Counted from the whole stretch's first letter, positions 36,877 through 50,415 are shown. The stretch: 63,501 bases of DNA, filler included, from Octopus bimaculoides (GCF_001194135.2; 4 parts of 4 records of this genome joined end to end with filler, not necessarily neighbours in it), one strand, 5' to 3'. Program-made: numbers and translations. Notes: generated from the letters alone by a model not told the origin.

Positions 36877-39353
36877 CATACACACACACATACACACACA
36901 CACCCACACACACATACACACACACACANNNNNNNNNNNNNNNNNNNNNNNNNNNNNNNNNNNNNNNNNNNNNNNNNNNNNNNNNNNNNNNNNNNNNNNN
37001 NNNNNNNNNNNNNNNNNNNNNNNNNNNNNNNNNNNNNNNCAATTCCTTTATCTCTATCACTTCCCATTTTTCTCTGCCTCTCTCAATCTCTTTCTCACAA
37101 TATGTATAATGTATAAGAGTAAATTAGCAGTAACTTAAATGATTCCTCTTGCCCACACTTAGAAAACATTCTTACATATAACTTGACATAAATTGAATGA
37201 TTATTATATTTATCTCTGCATATATGCACATACGCACATACACACAAGCACGCCCGAGCACACACACACACACATGCACGCCCCCCCCGACACAGACAGA
37301 CGTACGCGCGCGCACATACACACACACTCACACACTCACACACAGACTCATGCACACAAACATATACTGAAATATAATACGAACATTAAATAGCGGAAAA
37401 GCTTAAATATAAAAAAAAGCATAATGTTTAATTCAGTCTAATGCTACTTGTAGTCATTATAACTGAAAGGTGTTTTTTCAGTAATTCCTCATGTCAGCTG
37501 CATAAGAATTTTACTGTTACCTGTGAAGGGCCTGACTTTTATGTCTGTTCGGGATGGGCGTTTACATTTTCTTACTTAGCACTATTTATGTAGCGCTGCA
37601 TCTGAAATCACCTAACAGAGGTAAATTATCAGATAGCTGGTTAATTTTCGATACACAGGAAATCAGTCACTTTATCTGTGTTATATAATATTATTGAACA
37701 ACAAAAATAGAATAGTAAAAGCTTTTGGAGACAAGGCATGTTTCTTGGTAACCGGTGTCTATTACGATTCAATTCCTTCAACAAACTTTTACTGATTGAA
37801 AGGTATACATTAGATAATCAGACAAGCTGATAAATAATCAGAGGAAATCCGTAGTGCTTTCAGTACACTGCATCCATATCATACTCCAAGAAAAGTAAAT
37901 AGAGGGGCAAATAGTACCAAAACGAGGTTTCTCATCCCTCAAAACAGTTGGTATAGAGATAAAATATTGTTAGTTTGAATGACTATATAAAAAGGAAGTT
38001 AAGTAGAGCTCCCTATTTTGATAGATAAACGCATCACACATTGATTGCAAGAATAGTCAAACTGAAATACTTCAACTTTCCTAAAGTTCGAGTAATAAAA
38101 GAGGACAACAGGGTAGAAATTAGTCTGTTAGAAGAAATAAGATTTGGATGTGACGATTACAGAAAATGCTTAAAACTACGAGCTTAACACGATGTATGAA
38201 GTAGCAGCAATCAAAAATCTGGAACACAGTCCAATGAATGAAGGAGAAAAATGTTCTACTGTGTTAGCAGTTGAAAACATATGGTCTTAAATCACCATAA
38301 TGTATTTGCTATATTATATTACACTTGTGATGCCTTATGAAATCGTGTCGTGTGTTTCTGTAAGATATCGGCTAAGGTAACCGTTATCATATTCGAACCA
38401 TAAAATAAAAGCTAGAAATGTTCGTTCCATTTGGTGTAATACAAGTCACTAACGTCACTGGAACACATACCAGGATGTTGCTTACAAATACCTGATAATA
38501 TCTTCCCATTATAGATTATAGAATGTATTACCAACTTAGGGATAACTTTGATTAAACTAGTTAGTCTTCAATCGTTGAGTTCACTTAGCACAATGTACGC
38601 ACTGCAGGTCTTATACTTCACGGCGTGTATTCAATGAACCTCCTGCAGAATATATTGCTACTTCCTTAGCACGTACTTCTGATGACAATTTCTCAAGGAA
38701 AGAAGATATATGTCTGCCACAACTTTAGATCACAAAGAGATTTTAGCGCTACAGAAATTTGCACTTAGTTGTTCGTTATGTACCAGTGGTTATATCCTAT
38801 TGAACACTCGTATTTATTTGATTTGCAATAATGAGTGAGATTTAAATAATCGGTATGAAAACACAGATGTTTCAATCGTAGCGATTATTTGTAATCGTTA
38901 CAAATTGAAGTTGGATGAGTGAGCAAGTCTCTTTCTGCACTGATTTCTGCGTTTAACGTTATTCACGTCATTCATTTAATACAGGCAGTATATGAGTAAG
39001 TATTCATAAAATGTATACGGATGTCCAGTCACTGGGTTAAAATTCAGTAAAACAGACATTTCTTTAATTCATGGATAAGATTCCTCATTGAGGCTTTAAT
39101 TTGAACAGCGACCACAGCGGAACAGTGAGTCGTATCATAGTCTGATCACAACACTCCCCAAAATAATTACACGAATTCTGTACGGAGTACTTTTACCTTC
39201 TGAGCTTATATGCAACGTACATGTATGCGTACATATAGAGATAGAGAGAGACAAAGATATGTCCAAGTATACTTATGCATATATATATATATATATATAT
39301 ATATCTATATATATATTTGAAGGTTTGGAGGTGAAGTACAGAAATTATATATA

Positions 39354-39579
39354 AACATTTTTTTTTAATTAAGGTACTCAGAAACCTGGATGTTTGTACA
39401 TTTACAGATTTTTATTAATGTCACTTATTAAATGAAACGCTTTTCACCTAGTCGTGTAGGTTTTTGAAATTGAAAAACCTACACGACTAGATGAAAAGCG
39501 CTTCATTTAATAAGTGACATTAATAAAAATCTGTAAATGTACAAACATCCAGGTTTCTGAGTACCTTAATTAAAAAATG

Positions 39580-39581
<2 letters not shown>
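39354..39581. repeat. Near-perfect palindrome, ~110-bp arms, 7-nt loop
   Basis: 39354-39465 is the reverse complement of 39473-39581; loop GAAATTG; about two substitutions plus a poly-T length difference. Confidence 0.95.
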
Positions 39582-39621
<40 letters not shown>

Positions 39622-40499
39622 GCGCGCGCACACACACATACACACACTTCTGTTCATTTTTTTGAGCGTGTGCTTACGTAAATGTATATGTGTGCATTGT
39701 TGATTTTAAATTGCAACATCTATAATTACTTTTGCTATTCATCTTGAATGTATTGAAAATAATCTCATTGTGTACTATGTCAAAATACCATGGTTCTATT
39801 AAACTCAAAACTATTGTAATTCAATTAACTTTATTTATTTTTCGTAATTGATCAATGTATTTCTCTCATACAAATCACAAGTTATAAATTTGTAAATTCT
39901 TATATCGTATCGAAATTGTAGAAACAAGTAAATTTAAATTATTTTCCTAATTCAAATATATGAATCATATTATAAACTTTTTAACTATACTTTGTTTCTT
40001 ACTAGCATTATCTTTTTAGTTATATTTTATAATTTCGCGTTTATACTTCATATAAATAACGATTTATTTCAATGATGACAAGTTACAAACCTTCTCATGA
40101 AATTTAATAATATATCAAATTGTTGGAATTCTGATATAAATCAATAAGTAAGAGTTTGTAAGAGATCCGTATACAATTAAACTATGTACATTTGAACATT
40201 TTCGAAACTATTATAACCAATTCTATGTTTCGTATTATGGTTTTGATAGTTATTTCACATCTCAGTTGCAATTGGAAAGACACATCCGCAATTGTTGCAC
40301 ACAGTTCGAGACTGTTGGGTGGAAAGGAAGGTAGGATTTTATCATTGATAGGCTATTGTTGTTTCACTTATCGTTGAGACACCCACTTTCATGAATGCAC
40401 GTATTTGCTTAAAAGGCTGAAGATATAATAGTTGAAGTACACTTCCCAATTACAGTTACAGTCTATCGGTCTTTACCATAGATTCTTTGTATTCCTTTA

Positions 40500-40819
40500 G
40501 TCTTTTAATTGTTTCTGTCATTTGACTACGGCCATGCTGGAGCACCGCATTTAGTCGAACAGTCTAGTAGTTATTCTATCGTCTTTTTTGCCGAACCACT
40601 AAGTTACGGGGACGTAAACACACCATCATCGGTTGTCAAGCGATGGTTGGTGGATAAACACAGACACACAAACACACACACATACACACACAAGCGCACA
40701 CACACACACACACACACATACACACACACACACACGTATATACGACGGGCTTCTTTCTGTTTCCGTCTACCAAATCCACTCACAAGGCTTTGGTCGCCCC
40801 GAGTTTATAGTAGAAGACA
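40500..40819 (-). mobile_element. SINE family B with the head missing
   Basis: Ends at AGTAGAAGACAC, abutting the fold-back element. Confidence 0.85.
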
Positions 40820-41245
40820 CTATATGCTAGAAATAGATGCCGAATCACCTAACCACGAAGAATATGTTCTCAGTAAAAAATTTCAGTGAGACACCAGACC
40901 GTACAAGAGCAAGACAAATGAAAAAATACTAAATAAAAAAAAAAAACGATTAACCTACGTACCATTGGTTTCACCTGTTAATATTTACACAAGTAAATAT
41001 CTGCAGGATCATCAACGTAGTCTGTCTATTTATAAAATATAATTTCCAGAACTAGACACAGAACGTTCACCAATGGTACGTAGGTTAATCGTTTTTTTTT
41101 TTATTTAGTATTTTTTCATTTGTCTTACGATCTGGTGTCTCGCTGAAATTTTTTACTGAGAACATATTCTTCATGGTTAGGTGATTCGGCATCTATTTCT
41201 AGCATATAGGAGTCCACTTTTGCTTGTCATTCCTCTTATTTTTGT
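40820..41245. mobile_element. Fold-back element, copy 2, with ~100-bp spacer
   Basis: Arms 40820-40968 and 41069-41245; homologous to 116-417. Confidence 0.9.
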
Positions 41246-41940
41246 ATGTATGTATGTATGTATGCATGTATGTATGCATGTATGTATGTATATATGCATG
41301 CATGTATGTATGTAAGTATGTATGCATGTGCATATTTATATAACCATATAGATGTGTATAAATGCCATATATACCATGAGTAACAGAATATTAACGAATA
41401 GAAAATGTCCAATAATGGTGCAATATAACCATGGCTATCTTCGGAATTTAAACGCTTTAACGAAGAAGCATTTCAACCTTTCTATCATAGTTTTCAACAA
41501 TATTGATTTTTAGTCACTGTTCCGGTGATTATATTCCAATAATACTTTGAAAGTTTACAGACGTAATAAATGTCACAAGTAACAATACGTAAGGAACACA
41601 GAAAATATGCAAAGCAACAAAAAAATATTTCAGACTACACATTTAAAAAGTAGTGGAAACAAATAACGAAGACTAAAGTCATTAAGAGAAGTCAAGAAGG
41701 CAGAATATAATTGTCGGTGCATTAGCTTTATGGAGAATTGATGCATTAACTTCATGGCTTATAATTACTTTTCGTCCACCGAAGACATATTTTAGTTTGT
41801 TACCAGAAAGATTCAACTACACAGTTACAAAGATTGTTTAAAATAACCTCTCAGTGTATATATGTATATGATTCTCTCTCTACATCTTCATCTCAGTCTC
41901 TGTCTGTCTCTCTCTCTTTCTCTATTATATATATATATAT

Positions 41941-42040
41941 NNNNNNNNNNNNNNNNNNNNNNNNNNNNNNNNNNNNNNNNNNNNTTAATTAATTAANNNN
42001 NNNNNNNNNNNNNNNNNNNNNNNNNNNNNNNNNNNNNNNN
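41941..42040. other. Artificial scaffold-join linker
   Basis: 44N + TTAATTAATTAA + 44N. Confidence 0.95.
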
Positions 42041-42606
42041 ATGTGTTGTTGAACTTTCCTTCACCCTTGCCCTCTTAATTACCGATGAAATTCTAGAAGC
42101 ATGTAATAATGATTTCTAATTTTAACATATGGCCAGCAATTTGAGAGGAAGGTTAAATCGTTTACATTGACCACAGTATTTTACTGGTATATATTTTATC
42201 GATTCAGAAACGATGAAAATCAAAGCCGACTGTAGCATAATTTGAGCTCAGAACATAAGGCTTGAAAATACCGCCAAGCATATTTCCGGCATGCTAACGA
42301 TTCTGCCAGCCGTCTTCCTTAGGAAAGAACCAGTCCCAGTACTGATATTTTAATTCCTGGACCCGAAAGAATTTTTGATCTGCGCATGATTTAAACACCA
42401 AAAGCTGAAGAGTATAATAAAAAAAAATCATCCGATACAATACCAATAATTTTGCCAATACTCTACTTGAGTCAATTTGTAGTAAAATAACTAATCAAGG
42501 AATGCTTGTATTATTTCCCGTTAGAGTGCAGTGAAATTTAAATGTAATATTCTTATAAAGCTTAATATAAGAGAGGAAGAATAAATGCATAGGTATAATG
42601 TAGACG

Positions 42607-42782
42607 TAGGCGTGGCTGTGTAGTAAGAAGTTTACTTCCCAACCACATGGCTTTGGTTTCAGTTGCACGGCGTGACACATTGGGCATGTGTCTTCTACTA
42701 TAGCTTTGGGTTAACCAAAGCCATGTTTGTAGAATTGGCAGACAGAAACTGAAAGACGTGTGTATGTGTATGTGTGTGAGTG

Positions 42783-42823
<41 letters not shown>

Positions 42824-43020
42824 TGTGTGTGTGTGTTTGTCCCACCACTACCACTTGACAACCGGTGTTGGTGCCTTTACGTCCATATGACTTAGCCGTT
42901 CTGCAACAGAACCGACGGGAAAATACTAAGCTTTAAATGATAAGGATTGTATTCGGTTCGTTCGATTAAAATGCTTCAACGTGGTGCCCCAGTATTTCTG
43001 AAGTTAAATGACCGGAACAA
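42607..43020 (+). mobile_element. SINE family B
   Basis: GGCGTGGCTGTGTAGTAAG...CCAACCACATGG head, internal (GT)n, tail. Confidence 0.8.
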
Positions 43021-43853
43021 TTAAATTAAGTTTATTTAGAATTAAATTAATGCATTGAAATAACTATAAAAGAGATTAAAATATTTTTAAAGATTTGTTG
43101 CTTTGTAATTTTACTTGAAAAGAATTTAAGCATAATTGCCGACAATACTCTTTGTTTACCCATGCGAATTGCCTTGCGTGACTCTGTGAATTACTAAATC
43201 ACATCCTCAGGTGTGCACGCACATTACATTGGAATCTTCTTATAATCATTCACAACAAAATATTTATTAAAAAAACATTTTATATTATATTTTTTATCAT
43301 AATATATTTCATCAGTTGATTATTAGATGGCTCCCGTCTTTAAAGTTTCATGAACGATTGAAATATATATATGTATATATTTCAATCGCATATATATATA
43401 TATATGCATATACATCTCTTTTCAAATTAGTAGCTGTAATAGTGATACTACTTTTATTTATCTTCTTTATTTACTATTTTATATATCAAGCATAATCATC
43501 CGTTGTAGATTCAATAGATTTGACTTGAAAAATATTATTACACATTTTCACACCTCAGTTCGCATAAGATAAATCTATACAGAATATAGTATTGCTCTCA
43601 TGACAATGGACGTAAAATAAAAATTGTGAAAAAAACTAGAAGCTTTCAAACAAATAGACGTAAAAAAATATAGACCTACGCTACGTTTACATAACACATC
43701 AATATAAAAAAAAACAAACTCAAAAACCAAACAAGTACATATGATTCAGGTTCTAAGAAACGTGTTTCTCATGTCGCATGCATTGCTCCCAAAAGGTTCA
43801 GTTTTACATTATTTCGGTAATTTCACTTCATTTCATAGATGCCAGAAACGTCC

Positions 43854-43902
<49 letters not shown>

Positions 43903-44039
43903 TGTGGTTCACATTAAACTCCTACCATTTCGTGATAACACGAGGTCCTGTGCAACCTGCGAAGGGCTGTAATATAATATAAAGAGCATGACAATAATGA
44001 GAGAAAAGAATATGGTTGTTTTACCTTATCATACACATA

Positions 44040-44081
<42 letters not shown>

Positions 44082-44151
44082 TATGTGTGTGTGTGTGTCT
44101 GTGTGTGTGTGTGTGTGTGTGCGTGTTTATGTATATATATATATACTTAAA

Positions 44152-44746
44152 TTCGATTAGAGTTTGTGTTAACCTCATGAAGGGATGGCTTCATCCAAGG
44201 AAATATTGGGTCTTTACCTATTATCTTGGGGGGAATTAATTTCCTTAAAATAATAGAGACATATATATATATTTATATAAATATATAATTTATATTCATG
44301 TAAAAGAATAAAATGAAAATGGAGTTTGGGAAGTTAATAATTGTTTATTATTAACAGCAAATTAATCATCATCTCTCACAGGTGTTTCAATTAATACTCA
44401 GTAAATGTTAAGTAAAATTAAATTTATATTACCTGAGCATATCTACAAAGGGAAAATATACCCCAGGATGTCTTAAAACATCCAACTGTATATTTTTTCC
44501 CTCTGAAGATTTTATGTTTTAAAACATCCAAGGATATATTCTTTCCGTCTGAAGATATTATGTTCAGGTCATATAAAATTAATTTTGGTTAATGTTTACT
44601 GAGTATTAATTGAAACAGTTGTAATGGATGATGATTAATCTGTGGTTAATAATAAATAATTATCAACACCCCGATCTCCAGTTACGTTTTCTTCTTTTTA
44701 TGAATATAAACTAGAAGTTTATATTTATATATATATATATATATAT

Positions 44747-44825
<79 letters not shown>

Positions 44826-45760
44826 TAGTTATATANNNNNNNNNNNNNNNNNNNNNNNNNNNNNNNNNNNNNNNNNNNNNNNNNNNNNNNNNNNNNNNNN
44901 NNNNNNNNNNNNNNNNNNNNNNNNNNNNNNNNNNNNNNNNNNNNNNNNNNNNNNNNNNNNNNNNNNNNNNNNNNNNNNNNNNNNNNNNNNNNNNNNNNNN
45001 NNNNNNNNNNNNNNNNNNNNNNNNNNNNNNNNNNNNNNNNNNNNNNNNNNNNNNNNNNNNNNNNNNNNNNNNNNNNNNNNNNNNNNNNNNNNNNNNNNNN
45101 NNNNNNNNNNNNNNNNNNNNNNNNNNNNNNNNNNNNNNNNNNNNNNNNNNNNNNNNNNNNNNNNNNNNNNNNNNNNNNNNNNNNNNNNNNNNNNNNNNNN
45201 NNNNNNNNNNNNNNNNNNNNNNNNNNNNNNNNNNNNNNNNNNNNNNNNNNNNNNNNNNNNNNNNNNNNNNNNNNNNNNNNNNNNNNNNNNNNNNNNNNNN
45301 NNNNNNNNNNNNNNNNNNNNNNNNNNNNNNNNNNNNNNNNNNNNNNNNNNNNNNNNNNNNNNNNNNNNNNNNNNNNNNNNNNNNNNNNNNNNNNNNNNNN
45401 NNNNNNNNNNNNNNNNNNNNNNNNNNNNNNNNNNNNNNNNNNNNNNNNNNNNNNNNNNNNNNNNNNNNNNNNNNNNNNNNNNNNNNNNNNNNNNNNNNNN
45501 NNNNNNNNNNNNNNNNNNNNNNNNNNNNNNNNNNNNNNNNNNNNNNNNNNNNNNNNNNNNNNNNNNNNNNNNNNNNNNNNNNNNNNNNNNNNNNNNNNNN
45601 NNNNNNNNNNNNNNNNNNNNNNNNNNNNNNNNNNNNNNNNNNNNNNNNNNNNNNNTTATTTTAAAGAAATTAATTCCCCCAAATACTAGGTATTGAACCA
45701 GTATTTCCTCGGATGAAACCATCCCTTCATGAGGTTAACACAACTTCTAATCGAATCTAA
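44152..45760. mobile_element. Nested inverted repeats: outer ~100-bp arms and inner ~160-bp arms
   Basis: 44152-44254 versus rc 45656-45758; 44290-44450 versus rc 44550-44710. Confidence 0.85.
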
Positions 45761-45767
45761 GAAGTAT

Positions 45768-45818
<51 letters not shown>

Positions 45819-45994
45819 GTAACGGAGCTAAAGCACGCAGAGTAGATTCGCTAGGCAAAGATTGACCTTGGGCCCTGTTGTGTAAGTGCTCTAAGTTTAA
45901 ACGTTCTAGATCGCTTCCGCTGTTTACACCAGTGCTTGGTAGGAAGGGGTGTAGCGTGTAATCGTCGCATTGACCAGGATAGAGAAAGTTGTCA

Positions 45995-46215
45995 TGGCCA
46001 TACCTGCCCAGAGGCCTACACAAAGTTGCAGAAAGTGTATGGGTATAAGTGTATGAGCCGCACACAAGTGTGCGAGTGGTTCAGATGTTTCCAAGATAGC
46101 CGAAAAGATGTCGATATTGATGAACGTTCTTGGAGATTCGCAACCAGCAGAACTGAGAAAAACATTGCAGATGTGAGGAGAAATTGTGAGGAGGAATCAC
46201 CATCCGTTAGTTATC
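45995..46215 (+). pseudogene. Mariner transposase N-terminal HTH fragment
   Basis: EAYTKLQKVYGYKCMSRTQVCEWFRCFQDSRKDVDIDERS. Confidence 0.85.
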
Positions 46216-46339
46216 ACCGGATGTGCAGCTTATATACGGTTCATTTTACACTATTATCACTGCTTTCACCTGACCTAGAAGACACTCGGATTTCAGTTGC
46301 ACAAGATTTCCTTGATTGTGACGAGAACGATGAGAACTC

Positions 46340-46621
46340 TTTGAAAACTTTCTGTAGGCTTCTATGCAGGTATTGCCAATCTTTTGGAAAAATTTGATGC
46401 AGATTCTCTGCTCAACTTTCTTTGTCATAGTAAATGTGACGATCACATGCTACATAACTTCATTCCAAGCACTGTTGTAAACAGTGAAAATGAGGTAGAA
46501 CATTAAAACTTAGTGCGCATAAGCGGCGGAGTTCAAGGTCTATGTGTACCAAGCGGGTTTAATTTGCGTACTTTAGCTTCGTTACTATAGCAACAATCCG
46601 GATACTTATTGATCAGACGAC

Positions 46622-46624
<3 letters not shown>
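46340..46624 (-). mobile_element. Mariner left TIR and N-terminus
   Basis: rc TIR CGTCGTCTGATCAATAAGTATCCGGA; MTKKVEQRICIKFFQKIGNTCIEAY. Confidence 0.85.
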
Positions 46625-46712
<88 letters not shown>

Positions 46713-46722
46713 ATATTATGTA

Positions 46723-46900
46723 TACGAGGTGGTGTTAAAAAGTTCTTGGCTCTGGTTAAATGAAATGATTTTATTCCGCATACTCCCCTCTCAATTTCAT
46801 ACACTTATTGCAGCTGTCCTTCAGTTTTTCTAAGCCCTGTACAAGAACTCCAACCAAGCCTTTCGCTAGACCTTTAAGTCAGGGACTTTTAAGCACCTCT
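46723..46900 (-). mobile_element. Mariner right end (C-terminus and TIR), different subfamily
   Basis: TACGAGGTGGTGTTAAAAAGTTC TIR-like end; rc GLEKLKDSCNKCMKLRGEYAE*. Confidence 0.75.
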
Positions 46901-46984
46901 TCGTGCATATATAGATAGACATAAATGTAGTGTCTGTGTGTGGTGGCTAAATTTGACGATTTTTACATGTCCTTTTCTCAAGAA

Positions 46985-47430
46985 CAGCTTGATGTGTTAG
47001 AGAAGAGTCAACGGCGTTGGATACCATAAAGTGCAAAGTTGTTGATAGCTGACATGGAGGGCTGTGAGAAACTGCTGTTGACTGTGGCCAGATTCTGTCT
47101 GAAGAAGGTTGCTGCTTTGGGAAGCCATATGTGTGGCAGCACGTTTCGACACATCCAGAAGAAGTCAGAAGCGATTGTCGGAGAATTTCTACGACTTCAC
47201 CAGCTCCAATTTCTGGCTTCTTAATTCCTCCGAGTGTAATCTTATAAGTTTCTATGTGTGAGGCGCAGTTGAGAAGGACACCAACTGCTCTACATGCAAC
47301 AGCAAGCCCGGACGGGTGGCGAAGGTCATGGAGGTGTTCGAAAGTTTTCCCAGGGATACTGTGAGAAACACATGCACCAAATTTCTTGATAATGGAAGAT
47401 GACAGCGTCTATTTTGAGTAAAGTCTTATC
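46985..47430 (+). pseudogene. maT/DD37D-like Tc1-mariner transposase C-terminal fragment
   Basis: SQKRLSENFYDFTSSNFWLLNSSECNLISFYV*GAVEKDTN (cf. WPPNSPDCNP.DYYVWG). Confidence 0.7.
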
Positions 47431-47649
47431 TCGCAGCCATACTCTAGCTAATACTTTTCGATATTTTAAAGATTATTTTTGGATGAAATATTGTGTTTTT
47501 TTTCTCTATTTATTTAAGGTGTTACATTTATTCTGAAAATAGTGTGCGTGTGTATATAAATTTTTGTGTGTGTATGTGTGTGTGTGTGTAGCTGTGGGTG
47601 TATGTGTGTGTTTGTGCGTATATTTGTTTGTATATATATATATATATAT

Positions 47650-47871
47650 ATGACGGAGATGTACTTGCATAGCAAGTGACCTGATCTGAGATCATGGGCT
47701 GGAACGAAAACAATTGCAGCGTGGAAGGTGGTTATAAGCCATTTAAAAAACACACAAAAACCATTACATTCACTTCAACATTTTAATTTAATTTGCCAAA
47801 ATATTTTCGTCGCTTAGAGACCGCCACCTGTTCACTGACAAAATTCCGTGACACAGCACGGAATTTTGTCA
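47650..47871. mobile_element. Short non-coding repeat ending in a 15-bp-arm hairpin
   Basis: TGACAAAATTCCGTG-ACACAG-CACGGAATTTTGTCA at 47836-47871. Confidence 0.5.
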
Positions 47872-48442
47872 NNNNNNNNNNNNNNNNNNNNNNNNNNNNN
47901 NNNNNNNNNNNNNNNNNNNNNNNNNNNNNNNNNNNNNNNNNNNNNNNNNNNNNNNNNNNNNNNNNNNNNNNNNNNNNNNNNNNNNNNNNNNNNNNNNNNN
48001 NNNNNNNNNNNNNNNNNNNNNNNNNNNNNNNNNNNNNNNNNNNNNNNNNNNNNNNNNNNNNNNNNNNNNNNNNNNNNNNNNNNNNNNNNNNNNNNNNNNN
48101 NNNNNNNNNNNNNNNNNNNNNNNNNNNNNNNNNNNNNNNNNNNNNNNNNNNNNNNNNNNNNNNNNNNNNNNNNNNNNNNNNNNNNNNNNNNNNNNNNNNN
48201 NNNNNNNNNNNNNNNNNNNNNNNNNNNNNNNNNNNNNNNNNNNNNNNNNNNNNNNNNNNNNNNNNNNNNNNNNNNNNNNNNNNNNNNNNNNNNNNNNNNN
48301 NNNNNNNNNNNNNNNNNNNNNNNNNNNNNNNNNNNNNNNNNNNNNNNNNNNNNNNNNNNNNNNNNNNNNNNNNNNNNNNNNNNNNNNNNNNNNNNNNNNN
48401 NNNNNNNNNNNNNNNNNNNNNNNNNNNNNNNNNNNNNNNNNN

Positions 48443-48484
<42 letters not shown>

Positions 48485-49269
48485 GCTCACATGTGACCAT
48501 CGTACATTTTTATTTTTCCTCACGTCATCATCTATCTTTTCTTTCAGGACTGTTCTAAGGACTGGGCGTATCCTATCATTCTCTTCTATCTGTTCTCTTG
48601 TCAAAGAAAATATTTCTCCAGCGTTCGCTATGTTACCCTCGTTCTGTTCTAACGATCCTCCATGTTTGATTTTGTTCTGTTTCGCTGTATGTCATCACTG
48701 TCCTGTTTTTGTTCCCAGCTTTGACACTCCATGAGTCCCACATTATATTTTGGTACTTATGGGAGCATTTGTCTTCGAAGACTCGTATTTTCGTGCAATG
48801 CTCGAAATGAGGAGTAGATAGACAGCTGACAACTGAAGAAAGGTCGTCCATTGTGTTACTTGTCTTCTTTTCGATTTGTTTCTCTTGTCGTTTGCGTATT
48901 GAACTCCTTTGTTTCCGTATTTCATTTTCTTTACTGATAGCGACGTCCTGTACCTTTATATGCATATGTATATATATATGTATATATGTATATATGCATA
49001 TATNNNNNNNNNNNNNNNNNNNNNNNNNNNNNNNNNNNNNNNNNNNNNNNNNNNNNNNNNNNNNNNNNNNNNNNNNNNNNNNNNNNNNNNNNNNNNNNNN
49101 NNNNNNNNNNNNNNNNNNNNNNNNNNNNNNNNNNNNNNNNNNNNNNNNNNNNNNNNNNNNNNNNNNNNNNNNNNNNNNNNNNNNNNNNNNNNNNNNNNNN
49201 NNNNNNNNNNNNNNNNNNNNNNNNNNNNNNNNNNNNNNNNNNNNNNNNNNNNNNNNNNNNNNNNNNNNN

Positions 49270-49300
<31 letters not shown>

Positions 49301-50415
49301 ATATATTTGTATGTATGTATAAATATGCTAGAGACTGAGGAAATAATGACATAGATGCGTATCTTTCATGTGTTGACTCTGATCTGCGGAGTGAGCGATC
49401 TTCATTTGATTTCTCTTTGTATTAGAACATTTGCAAGATATTTCTAATCTTCCGCTTTTCTATGCGTTACTTCGTTTTCCTATTGTTTTGAAAATCTAGT
49501 CTAAAATTAAAGCTAATTTTATATTAAGACAAGATCAATAACATTTCTGATACAACATTTATTTAGTCTAATACTTGCATTAAAGATCATTATAATGAAC
49601 AAAATGTCTAATGAATTTTATGTCTGGTTTTAGAAACGTCTTGCAAAAATTCCTCTATGATATTTTGTTGAAAGTGTAATTAACCTCAAAAACTCATTAC
49701 TGATACGAGACTAAATAAATTATAAGTCTAAATGTCATGGGTGGACTAGGTGCAGACACATGAGTTCATCGGCGCTATGATTTAGTACATTGTCCTGCAA
49801 GAATTATGTTATACGTTTAATTCTACTTATCTCGATAAGTAACAATTTTCTTAAAGGAAATCGGGTACGAAAAATTTACTAGAGAACCACACTAAAAGAT
49901 TAGTTGTATATGAATTGTGTAATCTAATAGTTTACTACATTTTTAGTACCATAGACATTGAAAAAAATCAAATTTAGCGCTTGCATTACTTACATACGTG
50001 ACCAGCCTTCTATCTTCTTACAATTACTACGAGATAGTTTCGTAACTCTAGATTTTGTACTTAATTCCTGGTAATGTTGCCTCTGTTTTGCCTGTTTCGC
50101 GTATCAATCATGTTTAATCATCTCAAGAAAACATACAAAATATCATATAGATAACTACAACATTCTGCCACGTTTATTAATTCATATATAAATATAGAGG
50201 GATGTGATTTAGTGTTTAGGGTGTTCAACTAACGATTAAGAGATCGTGGTTTCGATTACTAGACCGGACGGTCCGATTTGATCTTGTCCAAAACATTTAA
50301 TTTTGTTTGCTCTGCGACCACTTCGACTTCTGACGTATGGCACACCATGCACCTCTACAGGTTATGTTGATTTCATGGCTACAGGAAATGAGCTAGTGTA
50401 CAGCACAGAAATTTA

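Noticed and set aside
48480-48965. Minus-strand charged ORFs (110 aa and adjacent frame)
   Set aside because: No recognisable motif, frames interrupted, start lies in a TA microsatellite
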